Positions 25,086-26,399 of a stretch of 26,399 nt of DNA are shown here, piece by piece. Below the pieces are notes generated by a model. The model ran no database searches and was not told the origin of the DNA. It was given only the letters and a program-made list of their open reading frames with translations. A program made the translations under genes and the position numbers. The stretch is from Macrostomum lignano. Lineage: Eukaryota. Numbering within the stretch: position 1 is the stretch's first letter; each line of letters starts with the position of its first letter. The stretch spans positions 1 through 26,399 of the forward strand of contig NIVC01005093.1 in assembly GCA_002269645.1 (NCBI GenBank). Direction: 5' to 3'.

Positions 25086-26399
25086 GATTTGCAAGAAGCG
25101 AGGATTCGAAAAGTTTTAAGTCTGAGCAATGATTTAGTTTGGTACTGTTGAAGAAGTGCCGACTTTTATAGATTACAAACTTTATTCGAATTTTGTTGCC
25201 TCGTTCGGTAAACAGTCATGAATCAGTGTATGTCCACGATCAAAACTAATCCGAATATAAAATACGACCCGTGGAATCTGATAGCATTAAAAATATCTTA
25301 ATTTCTTGCTTTGTTCATTCTAAATGCATTTTTAAATGGATTTGACTTGGCAAAAATAGTGCCTTATCTTATAATAGACTTTCGTAGCTCTGATAGAAGT
25401 ACTGGACAATAAGTAAATAGAGCCCGGAATTTCTTACTGTGAGCGACTGCGCCTTGTTGATTTCTATGGCGTAATTTCCCTGTTTTTATGTCTATGGTTA
25501 AAACCTAATATGTTCATAAGAGAGCAAGCGTATGATCGAGACATACATTCTTAATCCACTCGGGACTACACTGATGAATTCGTTGGCATCAAACGGACAT
25601 CGACACCGTGTTGGCTGCAGGAGAAGACCTTAGTCCATATCATAAGCTTTCTTCGGTCTTGTCAAAGGCGTCAGGGACTACTCAACTCCTGCAAGTACGA
25701 AGTCATCGAAGACATTGAGAGAGACAAGTGGGCTAGTTTTTACTACACAGATCACGCCAGATTCCCTCACTTTCCAACGACGGTGAAGTGTTGACGTAGT
25801 GACGGTCAGAACACCTGTGGGCTTGTTTGTAGTCCGGACTTCAAAGTAATCACGGACTCAATAGATGCTGTCATGAAGATTTCAACGAACAAGGCAACGG
25901 CTTAAAGCGCAGGAGTGCTTCCATATCTAAGAAGAAGCCCAAGTTTGGGATAAACAGCTAGCTTGGCCGCTAAAATACGAGTAAAAGCCATTGACTATCA
26001 TTGCGAATAAGAAAGCTTGAAACTTGACTAAAAGCTTCTTATTGCGGGAATTATGGGAGCTACATATCATGCTCGTGCCCGGAATTTTTAACTAGACTCG
26101 ATGTGTTGTCAATTTCTTGGAGCCCATTGACAAAAAGCCTCTAGATCCAAGGTCTGCCCTCCACAGTTGGACCGGTGTTGATAAAATCCACGAGATGTGT
26201 CATCACTAACACATAAAAAATACTCTCATTTGCGATGTAAAGCCCGGAAATTCGTTTCTAATAATTTCTGATAGTTAATTATTGGAAATATTTTTTATAA
26301 ATGACTTCCTATATGTGCTCATTTTTCTCCTTTTCCGTGTTTCCCTTAATTTTCTGTTTGAAAGTTTTCATGATGAAAAATTTGTCTATGACGTGTTGT

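Noticed and set aside
25510-25794. Stop-interrupted plus-strand reading frame (...CKYEVIEDIERDKWASFYY...)
   Set aside because: No family recognised. It needs a tblastx or HMM search before being called a pseudogene.

Overview
Eukaryotic (invertebrate animal) genomic DNA with spliceosomal introns. A free-living flatworm such as Macrostomum is my guess from style only. The core is a symmetric five-gene locus: a 4-exon secreted PAN/apple + fibrinogen-domain gene (-, 7842-10378), head-to-head with innexin A (+, 12355-13758); innexin B (-, 15388-16869); a 2-exon innexin C (-, 18105-22174) whose intron holds about 1.5 kb of (GATA)n; and, head-to-head with innexin C, a secreted PAN/apple + C-type lectin gene (+, 24366-25085). 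The first 7 kb is a nest of non-autonomous transposons, three with readable target-site duplications (TSDs): a hAT element (8-bp TSD), a 3.26-kb Mutator/foldback-like element (400-bp TIRs, 9-bp TSD, one TIR amplified into a 176-bp satellite), and inside it a 514-bp miniature LTR element (5-bp TSD). The miniature element's internal region is a 57-nt reverse-transcribed copy of mature tRNA-Ser(GCU) with a substitution exactly at position 58 (the m1A site). Most ORFs in the supplied track are repeat-derived or antisense shadows.
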